A stretch of DNA of 64,000 nt from Bilabrum cf. latius (GCA_965178125.1 OZ237749.1:62001-126000); one strand, 5' to 3'; positions 38,663-51,823 are shown, counted from the first letter of the stretch. Numbers and translations are program-made. Notes: generated by a model not told the origin, from the sequence alone.

Positions 38663-41425
38663 TCACATGCCCTTGCGCTGCGCCAGCTCCGTGTACATAG
38701 CCTCGATCTCTCCCTGGAACCTCTTCTTCAGCTAAGGCCGCTTGGGTTTGAACGTTGGGGTGAGCAGCCCATTCTCCACTGTGAAAGCCTCGGCGTGCAG
38801 CCGCACGGCCCTCACCCTCTCGAACCCTGCCAGCTTGGAGGCCTGCGCCACCTCCTCCATCTGCTCCTGAATCGTGGCACGGAACTCAGCCACCTGGCAC
38901 AGCTGCCCCAGCGCCGCGTCCTCCAGGCCTCCCTCCTTCGGAGCTGCAGGCAGTCCCCCGGGCCCGGCGCCCGACGCAGCCTTCTGCCTGACCCACGCCG
39001 CTGCCACCTCCGGATCTGGCACCACGACCGCCACCAGGCTGGGCTGCAGGCTGTCCCCATGCACGAACATCTGCGCCACCAGGGGCGCCCTTGAGTATGC
39101 ACCCTCGATCTTCTCAGGGGCCACGTACTCGCCCTGCGCCAGCTTGAAGAGGTTCTTGACGCGGTCGATGATGGACAACGTGCCGTCGGCGTTGATGCGC
39201 CCCACGTCGCCGGTCCGCAGCCACCCGTCTGCTGTGAGCGCCTCCTTGGTGCGGGCGGGGTCGTGGAGGTACCCCATGAACACGTTGGCCCCTCGCGTGT
39301 GGATCTCGCCCCTGGGGCACGGCGCGTCCGAGGCGCGGTATCCCATGTCTGGGAGGTCCACGAGCTTGATCTCGTTCGAGGGCATGGGCGCGCCCACGTG
39401 TCCGGGGTGCCTCGCGTCAACCGGGGTGATTGTGCTGGCTGCCGTGTTCTCCGTCATGCCGTACCCCTCGAACAGAGGGGCGGAGAAGACCACCTGCACG
39501 AACTCCTTCACTCCCGGGCTGATGGGCGCCGACCCCGTGAGCATCAGGCGCACCCTCCCGCCCAGCAGCGCCCTCAGCTTGGCAAAGACCACAGCATCCC
39601 AGAGAGAGTGCTGCGTGTCTCCGTCCTGCCTCAGGTAGTGCTGCTTGGACCCGTAAGCGTAGTGGAAGAGCGCCCTCCGCACCACTGATGCCTCCCTAAC
39701 GCCCTGCGTCATCTTGTCGTGGATGCGGTTGAACAGCCGGGGCACGCTCACGAACACTGTGGGCCGCAGCGCCTGCAGGTCGCCCAGCAGGAGAGTCACG
39801 TCGCCCTGGTAGAAGCCTACGGCGGCCCCCACCCTGAAGAGACACGCCTGCACGATCCTCTCCATCAGGTGAGCCAGCGGTAGGTAGCTGAGGTACACGT
39901 CCCCAGAGTGCAGCTCCACCCCGCCGGCAGTGGCCCCTGCCATCCCCGCCACGAAGTTACCGTGGGACATCATGGCGCCCTTGGGAGTGCCAGTGGTCCC
40001 GCTCGTGTAGCACACCGTGGCCATGTCCTCCCTCGAGGGCGGGTTCGGGGGCCGAGGGTGCGCCCTCCCTTCAGACACCAGGTCGGAGAGACGCATCTGG
40101 GACACGCCTGAGCTGCCAGGGCCGGACGCGGCGCCACTTTCCGAGGCGCAGGAGATGGCGGCATCTTCGGACGTTGCAGCGCAATGCAGGCCCACAGATG
40201 CGGCGTCTTTGCTGTAGTCCGTCGTGGTAGGAACCTCGGGCGCCGCGCATTTGGCAAGTTCCGCTTGGATGGCCCCGCCTATGGCCTCCACCAGAGCCGC
40301 CTCCTCGTGCCCCATTGTACTGTCTCTGGCACTGGCAGCAGTGCTAGCACTGGCTGCCAAGCTGCTTGGCAGAGGAGATGTCTATGACGAAGCAGAAAGC
40401 GGTGCGGCTACAGCGCCGTCGCACCCCCCGCTGCACGACACTCCGCCATCCCTGCCCTCGACGCCTGCCGCCGCCCCACCAGCCGCGGCCACATCGACCC
40501 CGCTGCAGTCCACCACGTCGCCCGCGCCCTCCCCCGCCCCTGCCGCGCTGACGCCTCCCCCCGCGGGCCCTACGCCGGCGCCTCTCCTCACCGCTGGGGG
40601 CTCCACGTCATCCATGATGATGAGGCAGCGGAGGGCCGGGCACCTCGCCGCTGCTTTGCGGGCGGCTTCCGCCCTGTCCGGGTGGCATACCACGACGGAG
40701 ACCTTGGTCTGGTTCAGGATGAACTCCAGGGCCTCTTCGCCCAGTGTGTCGTACAGGGGCACGGTGACCAGGGACTGCCGGTTGCAGGCTTGCTCCGCAA
40801 GCACCCACTGGTAGCAGTTGCGGCCCCAGATGCCAACCATGTCTCCCTGCGGGCGGTTCCAGTGGGCTCTAGTTGAGAACGGATTAAGGGCGCGCATGGG
40901 ACGCAGCAGCTATGCATTCAGTGTACGCACAATTCCCATGTCTAGAAGTTTGCGCCGGCTCTCACCTTTTTGAGACCGAGCCGAACCAATCCAGCCCCGA
41001 TGTCCGCAGCCAGCCCGTGCGCTTCCTGGTAGCTCAGCCACTTGAAAGGCCCGGCCACCTTTCCGCTACCTGAGCTCGATGGAACCATTTGTCGAGTTCC
41101 CAAGCAAGGGCGGCTGCCTGCTCGCCTTGTACCGATCTGGAAAGTCTCATACAGCGACGACAAATTGTCGATGGTGGTGAGAAGCTTGCTCGGAGACAGT
41201 GATGATCTGTAAATGGCTGACTCGCCAGGTCGGCCCGGCACTACCTGCGCGCACAATATGAGCATGGGGTCTAGCAAAGCTGTGAAGGGTGAGGCCCTGC
41301 CTATTCCATCCGTGAGGTGTGAAGATCTAGAGCTAGTTCACGCAAAGCCGGGCAGTGAATGCCGTTCTACAACACATCAATCTCACTGGAACTGAATAGG
41401 CTACATTAGACTACTCCTACCCCAT
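38663..41425 (-). CDS. LACS: Long-chain acyl-CoA synthetase (AMP-binding); exons 41387-41425, 40966-41244, 38663-40846; 4 in-frame TAG
   Basis: AMP-binding motif YTSGTTGTPKG, YLSYLPLAH, EGYGMTE, GWLRTGD, IIDRVKNLFKLAQGEYVAPEKIE. Past the TAG at 38732 the conserved tail continues as LLTPTFKPKRP*LKKRFQGEIEAMY to a TGA at 38663. Two GTGAG...GCAG phase-0 introns; first exon MG*E*SNVAYSVP. Confidence 0.93.
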
Positions 41426-41587
41426 AACTACGGTGCAATATTTTAGAGGGGACGAACGGGGTGCATTTTTCTACCGACGAGGTTTTGATTTATTGTTGCG
41501 TGTAGGTAAGATCCTCAGATCCGGTTTTTGAGAGGGCCAGTTGCTGTTCTTGCGTGTGGCAACACACGCGACCCCGTTCATTAATCG
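41426..41587. promoter_or_regulatory. Probable bidirectional promoter (~162 bp)
   Basis: AT-richer spacer between the divergent ATGs at 41425 (minus) and 41588 (plus). Confidence 0.4.
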
Positions 41588-44500
41588 ATGACGCCTGTTT
41601 TATTTATATACGGCGCCCTGGGTGCCCATGCCTTGGCAGGAGCAGAGTCGTACGTTAATGCCTCGTGCGTGTCGAGGAGTTGCACCACGTTTCCTGCGTA
41701 TTCCTAGCATGAAGGTATCGATGCAGAATCGAGAATCGAATCGAATCCGGGCCCAAGTATCTACGGCGGTGGATGGGAAGTCCTGGTGATTTTTCTAGTT
41801 CTTTTCGGGATAATGAACGGATTTTATCAGCTGGTCAGACGCTTTGGAATCTGCACCGCTCTGCAGCCTTGTGACCAAGCTATTGCAGAGTACTGCCAAA
41901 ATTTGGCAGGTCTAGACACGAAGGCATTTTAGCTGGAGGCTAGTGAACTCTAGCGAAGACGGCTGCTGATCCAGGCTGCGTCGTTTGCGACTCTCTCGCA
42001 CCCAGCAACGGCTGCGACGAGCCCCACTCCAACCCAAAATCACCGACCAAATTCACTCGACGAGTTGAGCGCTCTCATGTCCCTCTCACAAGACACCGCA
42101 CTCATTGCTTCCATGGCCATGCATGCCGCGGACTCGCCCCTGCGCCGGCCTGCAGAGAGCAACGACTCGCAGGGCCCTATGCGTGGACCTTCCCCCGAGA
42201 GCACCATGCAGATCCCAGCAGCCACATGGGCAGAGCTCAGGGGCCTCGCACGGCTGTGCCGCGCTGCCAGGGGAGAGGGTCTGCGAGGGCCCGTGGTGGA
42301 GCTGGTGGAGGACGCGGGGCGCTCCGTGGCACCCGTCCTGCGGGCAGCAGCGGCCGCTGTGTCGCCCGGGCGGACGAACGGCCAGGGCACCGCACCTGTG
42401 CAGGCTCCTGTGCTTAGCCTGCGGCCCCAGGAGATGGACGTGCCGGCGCTGCCGGATCAGGTGAGAGCCGCTGGTGCTGGTGCTGGTGCTGGTGCTGGTG
42501 CTGGTGCTGGTGCTGGTGCTGCTGCGATGGGCGCCCTGGAGCTGCTCGGGGATGGGGGCGCTGCAGGTGACGACCCTTTCCTGCCGTATCGCTCGACTGT
42601 GCCAGTACGCGACGCATCCGGACATCCTACTGGCCGCAAGGAAGGTCTTGGCAGCACACCACTGGCAGCAGACGCGCGAGACCCAAGTGCGCGAGCCAAG
42701 GCGTCGGGCCAGGTGACCCCCACTGCGATGGCCGGCGCCCTGTCCTTCGCCCTGGATGCCAGAGGGCAGCCGGACCCCTTCGGCTGGTTAGGGAGGGGCA
42801 CTTGGGCCGGCCGCATGTCTGCCAGGCACGTGGCTCTCAGCATGGCTGCCCTGCGGCCGGCCACTGCCTCTGACCTTGACAGGGTGGTGCTCCGCAGAGA
42901 GCGCGCCTCGGAGCTGGCGCAGGCGAGGCAGAGGCTGCTGGATGCAAAGGGGGATGGGGCGGAGGCAGCGGCGGCCTTGCACGAGATACGCAGGCAGCAG
43001 CGGGCTTGGAGCCGCGAGGGCGGGCTGGGCATGGCTGCAGACGCGAGGTCCCCGTTCGATAGGCGCCCCGCGGCCGCTGCGGCTGCGTTTGCCGGTGCCA
43101 CAGCCGATGCCGACGGGAAGGCCGCCCTCCTCGAGGCGCACGCCCCCAGGCGGCTGTTCTGGTTTGCTGCCCCGTCCTCTCCACGGGGCACGCATTCGCT
43201 CAGCGAGCCATCGGGACCAGCAGTGGGGCTCCAGCGGGGGGCAGCTCCGTGGGACTTGGGCAGTCCGGCGGGGAGTGCCCATGCGCGGGACAGGGAGATG
43301 GGGGATACCGATGGTGCGCGAGAGCTGCCGCCGACCTGCGAGGCGCTGGAGGCGTGCTGTCCAGCGGTGTTCACCTGGGCCGCGGCGGCGTGCATTGCAG
43401 TGCTGGCGTGCCTGCAGCGGGGGCTGCTGTGGTGCTTGGACTGCGGAGACCGGGCCTGCCTGGCCGTGTCTGGGTGCAAGCGCTGGGTCCTCTTCCGGCT
43501 TGGATACGGCCCTGCCGGTGCTGCGGCCGACCAGGGGGTCGAGGCCGGCGATGGCGGTAGCGGCGCATATGCATTGCACGATGGTGCTGCTCAAGGCGAG
43601 CTACCCCGGCACACCGGCAATGGATCTAGACCGGATCGAGGCGGCCGTGCCAGACCTCTCGGAGCCAGCGGGCATGGTGCAGGCGGGGTCCGGCGCAGGG
43701 CTGTTGCACGCCCGAGGCGCGGGCGCGGGGGCGGGGTCCTTCCCCGGGACGTGGTGGCCATGGGCCCCCCTGCAGGGGCGAGGCACCCACCAGCGGAGGG
43801 CATGGAGCTGGACGGAGTGGGCAGCGACGGACGTAGGGTCTGGGGCCGGAGGGCCATAAGGACAGGCCGGCCCCGTGCCCCTGCCCAGCGGCTGATGCGT
43901 CGGCTGGGTCGGCTGTGGTCCGAGCTGGGCCTGCTGCTGGGTGCCCTGTGCCTGGAGGGGCGAGCCCGCGTGGACGTCTGCGTGGCTGCTTGCCACGCGG
44001 GGATGGTGTGCGACTGCGAAGGCCTCATTGCCCGCCCGTCCGCGCTTGGAAGTCATGGTGCCGGTGGCGAGGTGACCTAGGCTCAGTCGGGGAGGGCCAG
44101 GGCCAGTGCCAGGGACAGGAGGAGGAGGGGCACCACCGCTGGCAGCAGCCGGGAGTCATCGCGCGCATCTAGCAGGGCCAGGAGCAGGGGAGCGGAGGAG
44201 CATACTAGGGGTGATCCCAGCGGCGTGGACCGCTCGCTGTCGGCTCCTGCCTCGATGACTGCAGAGGCCCAGTCCGGGGCTCGCGGAGTGCTGCTCGGTG
44301 GCGAGTCGTGGACGGAAATGGCGCACAGGTGGATGGGGGGCGAGGAGTGGCGCGTGGCGCGGCTGCTGCGGTACATGCAAGCCTCTTTGGCGGTGGCCGG
44401 GGCGGCCGATGGGGAGGGGATGCCAGCGGGCATGGGCATGGGCATGGAAGTGCAGCACGGGGTGGCCAGCGGCGTGGTGGCCAGGTCCATGTCGGTGGCG

Positions 44501-47500
44501 CTGCCTCTTGCGAGGTCCTTGAGGGAGAGGGGGCTGGCGGTGGCGGCTGACCTTGGGGTGATCCAGGGAACAAGCGCCGGTGCGGGGGTGCAGGACGGGG
44601 GGCTCGAGTATGGCGATGACGGTGACAATGAGGGGGGCCTGCACCGGCGTGGGTGGGGTCGCGGGTTGCGTGCAGGGATCCGGTTTCTGCAGTCGGCTGT
44701 GGCGGGTCTGTGCACGCGCGGGGAAGGTGAGGGGTCTCGTCGCGTTGTGGGGCATGTACGGGGCGGGCTCGTGCTGCCCGCGGTGTCTTCCGGTTCTCTT
44801 GGTGGAGCGCTGGGTCATGGTGATGATGGGCCAGCGGAGGACGAGTGCAGCGGCACTGCAGGCTTGGCTGGTATGGTGGAGAGGGAGGGGTACAGCAGCA
44901 ACAACGATCCGGGTGAGCGTGCGGTGGACGAGGCCGCAGGGGATGAAGAAGGGGGGCCGGAAGAGGAAGATAGAGCCAGAGGGGCTGCATCGCCCGGAAG
45001 GGAACGCGCCGGGACCAATGGCAGAAATCGAACCAGCAGCACCAGCCCCAGCCGTCGGCCCAGCCGCGGCCACGCCACATCCACGACCCGTAGTTCCCCT
45101 CCAGGCACTGTGCCTGTCACGGCCGCATCCCCCCCCGCCGGCGTGCTGCAGCTGCCCACGGACGGCCTGGAGAGGGCAGAGGCCAGGACCAGGCAGGCAG
45201 TGGAGGCAGCCACAGACGCTGCCATCCGCAGGCTGAGGTGGCACCGGATCGTGCTGGCGCTGGGATGCTGCGGTGGCCCCTGCATCCCGCTGTGCACGGA
45301 GCCCTGCTGCGGGCTGCGGAGGGGGGTGAGAAGGGCCGTTGACTGGCGGAGGGTTGCCGAGTCGGGGGGCGGCGAGGGGGAGGACCTGCTGGGGGTGGGG
45401 GGTGTCGGGGAGGAGGCCGGATCCACCGATGCCCAGGCCGCTGGCAGTGGCCGGTCTGGCTCGGCTCGCAGCAGGAGCAGCGGCAGGAGCAGCAGTGGGT
45501 CGCCCAGGAGGAGCGCGCGCAACCGCTCACGGTCCAGGTCCCGCCGGTCCAGAAGCCGGGCGGGCCATGCATCGCTGCGGCCTGCATCCGCAGAGTCGTG
45601 CGTGGTGCCGGCTCTGTGCGGCCGTCACGTCCGCGCCCAGTGCCTCCGGGGCCAGGGCGAGAGGGCGGCCCTCACAGCTGAGGCGATCGACGGGTGCCTC
45701 AGGCGCAGCGCGGCGGCGAGTCTGCGGAGCCGAGGGTCTGCGCTTTCGCTGGCGCCTTCGTGCATGCGGATGGTGACGGAGGGAACGGTGGCTGCGCTGT
45801 GGTCGGGCTTCGCGGCCTGCGGGATCCTCGTGGTGCTGTGGTGCCACCGGGACCCTGCGGCTGCTGGCGCTGATGCATCCGAGGGAGACAGCCACGCTTC
45901 GCTCGGCAAGTCAAGCACGCCCACTGCTGCCCGGTCGACTGGGTCGGCAGGGAACAAGGGGTCGGATTCTGCCACTGCCGACACGGTGGACCGGCGCGGC
46001 ATCCGCACCCCGTGCCCCAGGCCGGAGAGGATGTGCAGCCGGGGGGGTGGTGCTGCCGCGCTGCAGGCCAGCGTAGGGCTGCTGGCCCCGTGCGGCGAAG
46101 GAGTCGCCTCGGTGGACGAGGGGCGGCAGGAACATGCCAATCACTCCGCAGCGGGCAAAGGCTCTGCGGGGTGGTGGGGGCTGTGTGCAGGCAGGCAGCG
46201 GCCTGTGGCTGCTGCGGATGTGCGTGTGTCGTGGCTGCGGGCTGCTGGCGTGGGGGGTCGACTATCTCTGCCTCTGTGGCTCCGACGGGCTGGTGACTCC
46301 ACGGCCTGGCAGGACGAGGCTCTGCTTGGTGCGGCTGCCGATCGCATGCGCCGGCGGTGCCTGTCAGCTCCTCTGAGCCTCATCCCCGAGCAGCTGCTGG
46401 CGGCCCCTCAGCGCAGGCGCGAGGGAGGCCCCTCGGCTTCGTCTCTGCCCCTGTCGTCTCATTTTGCTAGATCGCATGGGACGGAGCTGTTCGCACTATC
46501 GGACGAGGGAGAGTGGGCAGGGCTCGCCTTCAGGGACAAGGCCGGGGAAGAGGCGTCCTGGGGGTGCTGGGAGGCATCCGGTGGGCCGTACAGCGGCGCG
46601 CACGGGACACAGGGTCTGACTGGATCGGGATGCGGGGTTAGCCTGGCTGGTGGTGGCGCGGTGGGATGGGGGGCGGGGAGGGTCGGGCTGTCCTGTCCCA
46701 CCGGCGGGGGTGGGGAGGGCCTGCCTTGCCTGCCCGACCCCACGCAGACCGCCATGGCCCTTCCCTTGCAGTCCATGGCTGGGCAGGAAGACGCCATGCA
46801 GCAGCGAGACCACGGCATGGGGATGGAGGGACGAGTCCTGACAGAGGGGGACAAGCGAGCGAGACTGGACTCGTTGGGCAGCGAGGGATCCGCAGCTTCC
46901 ACCCCGGTCTCTGGTCAGCACCCTGCATCACAGTGCGATGCACCCGTCCCCCCAGCCACAGGAAACCCCCCGAGTGGCAGGGCAGAGTCCGCTCCTGCCG
47001 GCCCGGCCCCGCGGCTGTGTGCCCCGGAGCCCTCCAGCGACGTGGTGGCGGCCATGTCTCCCTACACGACCGCCCGTGCCCTGGCCAACCTGAGGCTGTG
47101 GGTGCCGGGCGTACTGACGGCGAGGCCCAGGGGGCCAGCCGAGCTGCTGCGGGCAGTGGCGGCGGTGAGTGGCACGTGGGGACGAGGGCCGGGTGGAGGG
47201 TGGGGGGGTGCGGCTGGGGCTCTGCCGGGGGCGGCGCTGGTGCGTGTGGCGCTCGGGGGATTCGAGCCTCGGCGGGCGCAGCTGCTGCTGGACGCGGCTG
47301 CGTGCTGCGTGGCACCTGGCGGATTCTTCGTGGTGCATGGGTGCCTGAACGTGGATGTGAGCGCGGCAGCGGACTCTGCGAGTGGGAGGGAAGATAGGCT
47401 TGGCACCGAAGGGGGGCACGCGGGTGGCAGTGGCAATGCTGCATCGGTGCATCGTCCTGGCACCGCCAGTGGTGGGATGGACGAGGACTAGGAGGCGAAG

Positions 47501-47677
47501 GTGCTGCAGAGGGCAGCGGCGAGGGCGGCGGGGCACCGCCGGCTGATGGCAGAGGTGGCCACGCTGCGGGCAAGCGTGCGGGTGGGCAGCCCGGTCAAGG
47601 GCCGGTGGGCGGGTCCTGTGCCTCTGTGTGAGGGGAGCGGGGCTCTGGTGTGGAGGGCGCCCATGCCGCAGCTGTGA
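41588..47677 (+). CDS. Large hypothetical protein (~2,029 aa), N-terminal hydrophobic segments, mostly low complexity; 5 in-frame TAG
   Basis: One frame stays open (TAG only) from ATG 41588, which closely follows an in-frame TAA, through track ORFs 42065-44080 and 44225-47491 to TGA 47675-47677. Signal-like MTPVLFIYGALGAHALAG and TM-like WEVLVIFLVLFGIMNGFY. Introns are not excluded. Confidence 0.6.
42470..42517 (+). repeat. (GCTGGT)8 coding microsatellite encoding (Ala-Gly)8
   Basis: Perfect hexamer tandem read directly from the sequence. Confidence 0.9.
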
Positions 47678-47798
47678 GGGGAGCCGGGCTCTTGAAGATT
47701 ATGTGCCTTGGTCTTGTAAGTAGAAGCAGGGTGGTTTTGGTCGTGATTTCAATTTCCATGATCCTGAGCTCGGCAAGGACCCGTAGTGGAACAGCGAT

Positions 47799-50108
47799 TC
47801 AAGCATCGACCACCCCCACCGCCCCCTCCAGGTCGAGGACAAGCTGGGCGAAGGATAACACGGGCGGGTACTGAACACTGCTGTTATGAACCACAGAGGT
47901 GATGCCTACCTCTAGCATTGGCCCACCTCGCCGCCGCCGCAGACCCCGAGCCAGAAAGGCACGTGCGCACGAAGGCAGGTCCACCTCCTCGAACTCAGAG
48001 GCCGCACTCGTCACACGGACGACTTCTCCCTCGCACCCAGTCACGTTCAGACCAACCGCACATAGACCAGTCACCCTACCGTGCTCCGTGGCCCCGACAG
48101 GACCGCAGGGCGGGCTCTTGATGCCCAGCCGGAGCCGGGCCCCCGCAGTCTGTGCCTTGCTTCCGGTCGATTGAGCTCCTAGAAATGAGCCTGGGCCACC
48201 GTCCGTCGGCAGCAAAAACTGGACTCGGGCTTCTTGGCCGCTGGTGAGGTTCCGCATGACCCCCATGCGCGGCGCCGCGAGCCTCAGTGGAACCACATCC
48301 AACAGCACTGACGGCTGGAAGTTGGCTGGCGGGAACTCCGCGGCATCCTCACCGCCACCATGCCCTAGATCTACCCCTGGGGCCCCTAACACTCGCGACA
48401 AGCGCCCTTCACCACCGTAAAGAGATGGCCTGTATCGCAGAACAGCGATCCCACCGGAGGGAAGCACCCAGCTGACAGGCGCCTTGCCCAGCGCGGGCAG
48501 CAGTCCCGGGCTCAGGCTAACCGTGCCGTTGCTGCCGTAGTGGATCCAGCGACCCCCCACAGGCTCCCAGTGCGTCAAGCCACCGTGAAATGCACCTACT
48601 AACGACCCATTGGTCCCTGCCGTGTGGATAGTCACATTGGTTGGCTCGTTATCCGATGGCCCCACCACGAGGATCCTAAGCTCCCCTGCCGTGCGCACCC
48701 ACACCGCGCTGACCCACGGCTAGGACGAGGTCCCGTTGCCTGCCCCCTGCGGCGGTTGCAACGAACCATTATTGCCCGATCGCGCAACGACCTGCAGGCG
48801 ATCCACATCAGGGGGATTCCCCCGGGTGACACCCCCCAGCGCGGGGGGAAGCCCCTCCGCTAGCAGGCTCTGCGCGTCCTCCGTTGCAGTGAATCCGACC
48901 CACCCACCGCCACCCTGATGCCCTGCCTCTTTGATCACCCCGTAGGCGCAGTGCTTCCCTTGCGCTGCGAAGTCGAACAACTGCCTCCCCAGCACGTGCC
49001 CCGGCCATCGGGAGGCGCGCAAGGCGGCCTGCACCGAGGGCCGCGCGCGCCACCGCAGCGTTGCGTCGTAGCTGCGCCACTCCTCCAGGCTGGCCAGGCA
49101 GTAGTCCGTCTCTGTTACCGCGACGGGGATGGCGGCCCTGCCGCGGCTGCTCCCGGCTGATCCACCGGCGGTTGAGCTTGCTGGCGCTGAGGGTGCCGAG
49201 GAGGTGTACGCGTGCACCGTGGCGAATGCACCCTCCAGCGCAGCCGGCTGCGCCGAGTGGTTATAGGCGTGAAAGTCAAAGAAGTCCGTGTGAGCCCCGT
49301 CCAGGAACGGTTGCGACCAGTGCTCCCACGTGCCCCAGTGCGAGCGAGCACTTGCCGTCGGCGAGCAGTATATGGCCGGGCCTCCCACCGTGGCGCTGCC
49401 CCCGGCCTTTGCAGCAGCCTCTCGAATATGAGGGGCAGCCATGTTGAAAAAATCGACGTAGTCTGTCGCGTTGTGGCCGCTCGTCCAGTAGTGCGCGTTG
49501 GGCTCGTTGAACACGTGAGAAAGCAGGTGGCCAGAGCCGCCCCCTTCAATGTCGGCTCTCACGAATTTCGCCGTGTAAAACGATAAGAGGGCTGCAAACC
49601 ATTCGTATTGCGAAGCATTTGGCGAACCTCCGTGAGGGCAAATCGAATATGGGAACGCTGGCGAGCAGTAGTTGTCGAGATACACCCACGGCCGAATGCC
49701 AGCTCGTTGAAGAGTTCCCTTTTTGAGAACGCCCCCGCCGTAATCCGTCCGGTTGAATCGAGCCGATGGTCCACTGGAGGTAGTGTTTTTGAACCAACGA
49801 GCCAGTTGCTCTACAGTCGACAGGTTCATTGAGCTAGATGGAAGCAGGACAGACTCCAAGCCAGCCATGATGCCCACAGAGGTTGGCTTCGCATGGCTCA
49901 AATACCTCTGTCCTACTGACGTCTCTGATGTGTTGCCCAGCAGACCTACTTCCCCGTAAGCGGTGATGCCATTGACAGGAGCAACTCCGCGGGTGCCATT
50001 CAACGCCATCGCTACATCTGGATAGACTGTTACACGCAGCTCGTTGCTCGGCTATGCGGCAACTAAACAATGCAATGCTACGAACGCGATCAAGGGAGGC
50101 ATTTGCAT
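47799..50108 (-). CDS. Secreted clan GH-A glycoside hydrolase (GH39/GH86-like, ~769 aa), apparently intronless; 2 in-frame TAG (48720, 50052)
   Basis: Acid/base motif VFNEPN, DFFDFHAY and nucleophile strand IPVAVTETDY. Reading through TAG upstream of 50009 reveals the signal peptide MQMPPLIAFVALHCLVAA*PSN. The piece 47799-48704 is in the same frame; TGA stop. Confidence 0.78.
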
Positions 50109-50378
50109 GACCAAGAATTTCGCTTGATGTTGGAAACGGAACCTTCGAATCCGTATTCCGGATTCCGGATCGGATGATCTGCTGCCCGGCCTGGAGGAGG
50201 GAGGGACTTGGTCTCACTGCTCCTGTGGCTGCACACGCATTGAAATCAAATCCCGTTGACCGTACTCATTCACACATGGAACACGCAAACACCACCGCCA
50301 GCTAGGTAGCCGGTCTACCTCTGTCCGCTCTTCTCACACCGAACGAACGAACGAATCTTGATTTTAGAAGACACACCA

Positions 50379-51293
50379 TCACCCAGACCCGACCTGCAGC
50401 AGCCGCATGGCCCCCGTCCACCCTTGTCCGCTCTCGACTACCCAAGCCGCCAGCAGTGCCGCGATAGCAAACCAAGGCGCGCTGGGCACGAAGTCCCTCC
50501 ACCCCTCGGGCCCCCCTGCCCACTGCTCTGGGGTCCGGTAGAGGGCCGTCATGGAGGAGACGAGGGAATGGGGCAGGGCAGAGGGGTCGAACTCGAAAAG
50601 GACCATCACCGCGATCCAGGTTGCAACCGCCAGGCCGGGCATGCCCGCTTTCTTCTCGTCCACGAGGCTAAAGGGGGCAACGCCTCGCTTGGCCAGGCTA
50701 CGGGCCAGCGACACGATCACGCGGCCCAGCAGGTACATGAGGATCTAGTGACTCACGGCAGAGGGGTGTCGCCACACGAGCCACGCCCCCATACCACCGG
50801 CGATAGCGGCTACGACCGCGTTGCTGGGGCGCATCAGGCTGCCCATTGCCGGGCTTGCCCCAGGCGACTTTGGCGCTGGCGCCGATGAGCTCGATCGACT
50901 CTGCGTGTGCCTCACGCGCGATGGAGTTTCCAAAGTACTGGGTGATGTTGCAGCACCAACGTTCCCAGTCTTGCTAATTTTGGGCTCGGCGCCTGCTGTT
51001 CGCGGCGCTTGCAGTCGAGGTGCGGGTTGCCCTAGCACCCTCATAAGCAAGTTCGCGAGCACAGTTACCGCCTTGTATATCGCTGCAAAGTATGCCAAAT
51101 TTCTACCATGTTCAAACGTCATTTTTGCCACGTGTAATGCGTTTTTGCGCAGTCCTTTGGACTAGCGATACAGCGCGGTTATCACCACTGCGTGCGGCAG
51201 CCTTAGCTTTGTCCCAATGAGAGCTCCTTGTCGCAGGGCTCGTGCTAGCACTAAACATAAGTGCCGAGATGCCGCTACCGGGCTAAACGACAT
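50379..51293 (-). CDS. PXMP4: Peroxisomal membrane protein 4 (PMP24, Tim17 superfamily), ~304 aa; 2 in-frame TAG (50745, 51162)
   Basis: GALIGTKLRLPHAVVITALY, TFEHGRNLAYFAAIYK, IAGGMGAWLVW...SH*ILMYLLGRV, WIAVMVLFE, LVSSMTALY match the family. Three track ORFs in one frame; TGA stop. Confidence 0.9.
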
Positions 51294-51363
51294 GATTTGC
51301 GGGAGGAATGGTGTACGATTCAGGGCTATCATTCCGGGGCGACCAACCCGGAACAAGGACGCA

Positions 51364-51823
51364 TCACTCCTCCTTCTTGTCCTTCTTGGATTTCTTTGGG
51401 GGACGGGGCAGCGACATGGTGTCGAACCTCGCGCCAAGCACAAGCTGCCTCAGCCTGCGAGACACGGCCCTCCCCCACGGCCCAGTCGGGAGCGCCCCCC
51501 CCTGGTAGCGCCCTGCCCCCCCCTGACCACTGCCACCCAGCACGACTGCCCTGTCCTCCTCTGGGAGTGCACGCAGCAGCACCCCGCAAGCCTCCATGCA
51601 GCACCGCAGCCCCCTGGCAGCCGCCGAGCTCGCCTTGGCCTGCATCTCCAAAGCGCCTGCCGACTGGTCCGCCCCACTGGACAAGCCCGCGTGCAGCACT
51701 GCCCAGAGAACAACCAGCTCGCGGATAGACACGTACCTCAACTCTTCTCCACCAGATCCCACCAGTGCCTGCTTCCTGCCGCCCTCATTCTGGCCTGTCT
51801 CTCCACCGGCGCCTGCAGCAGAG

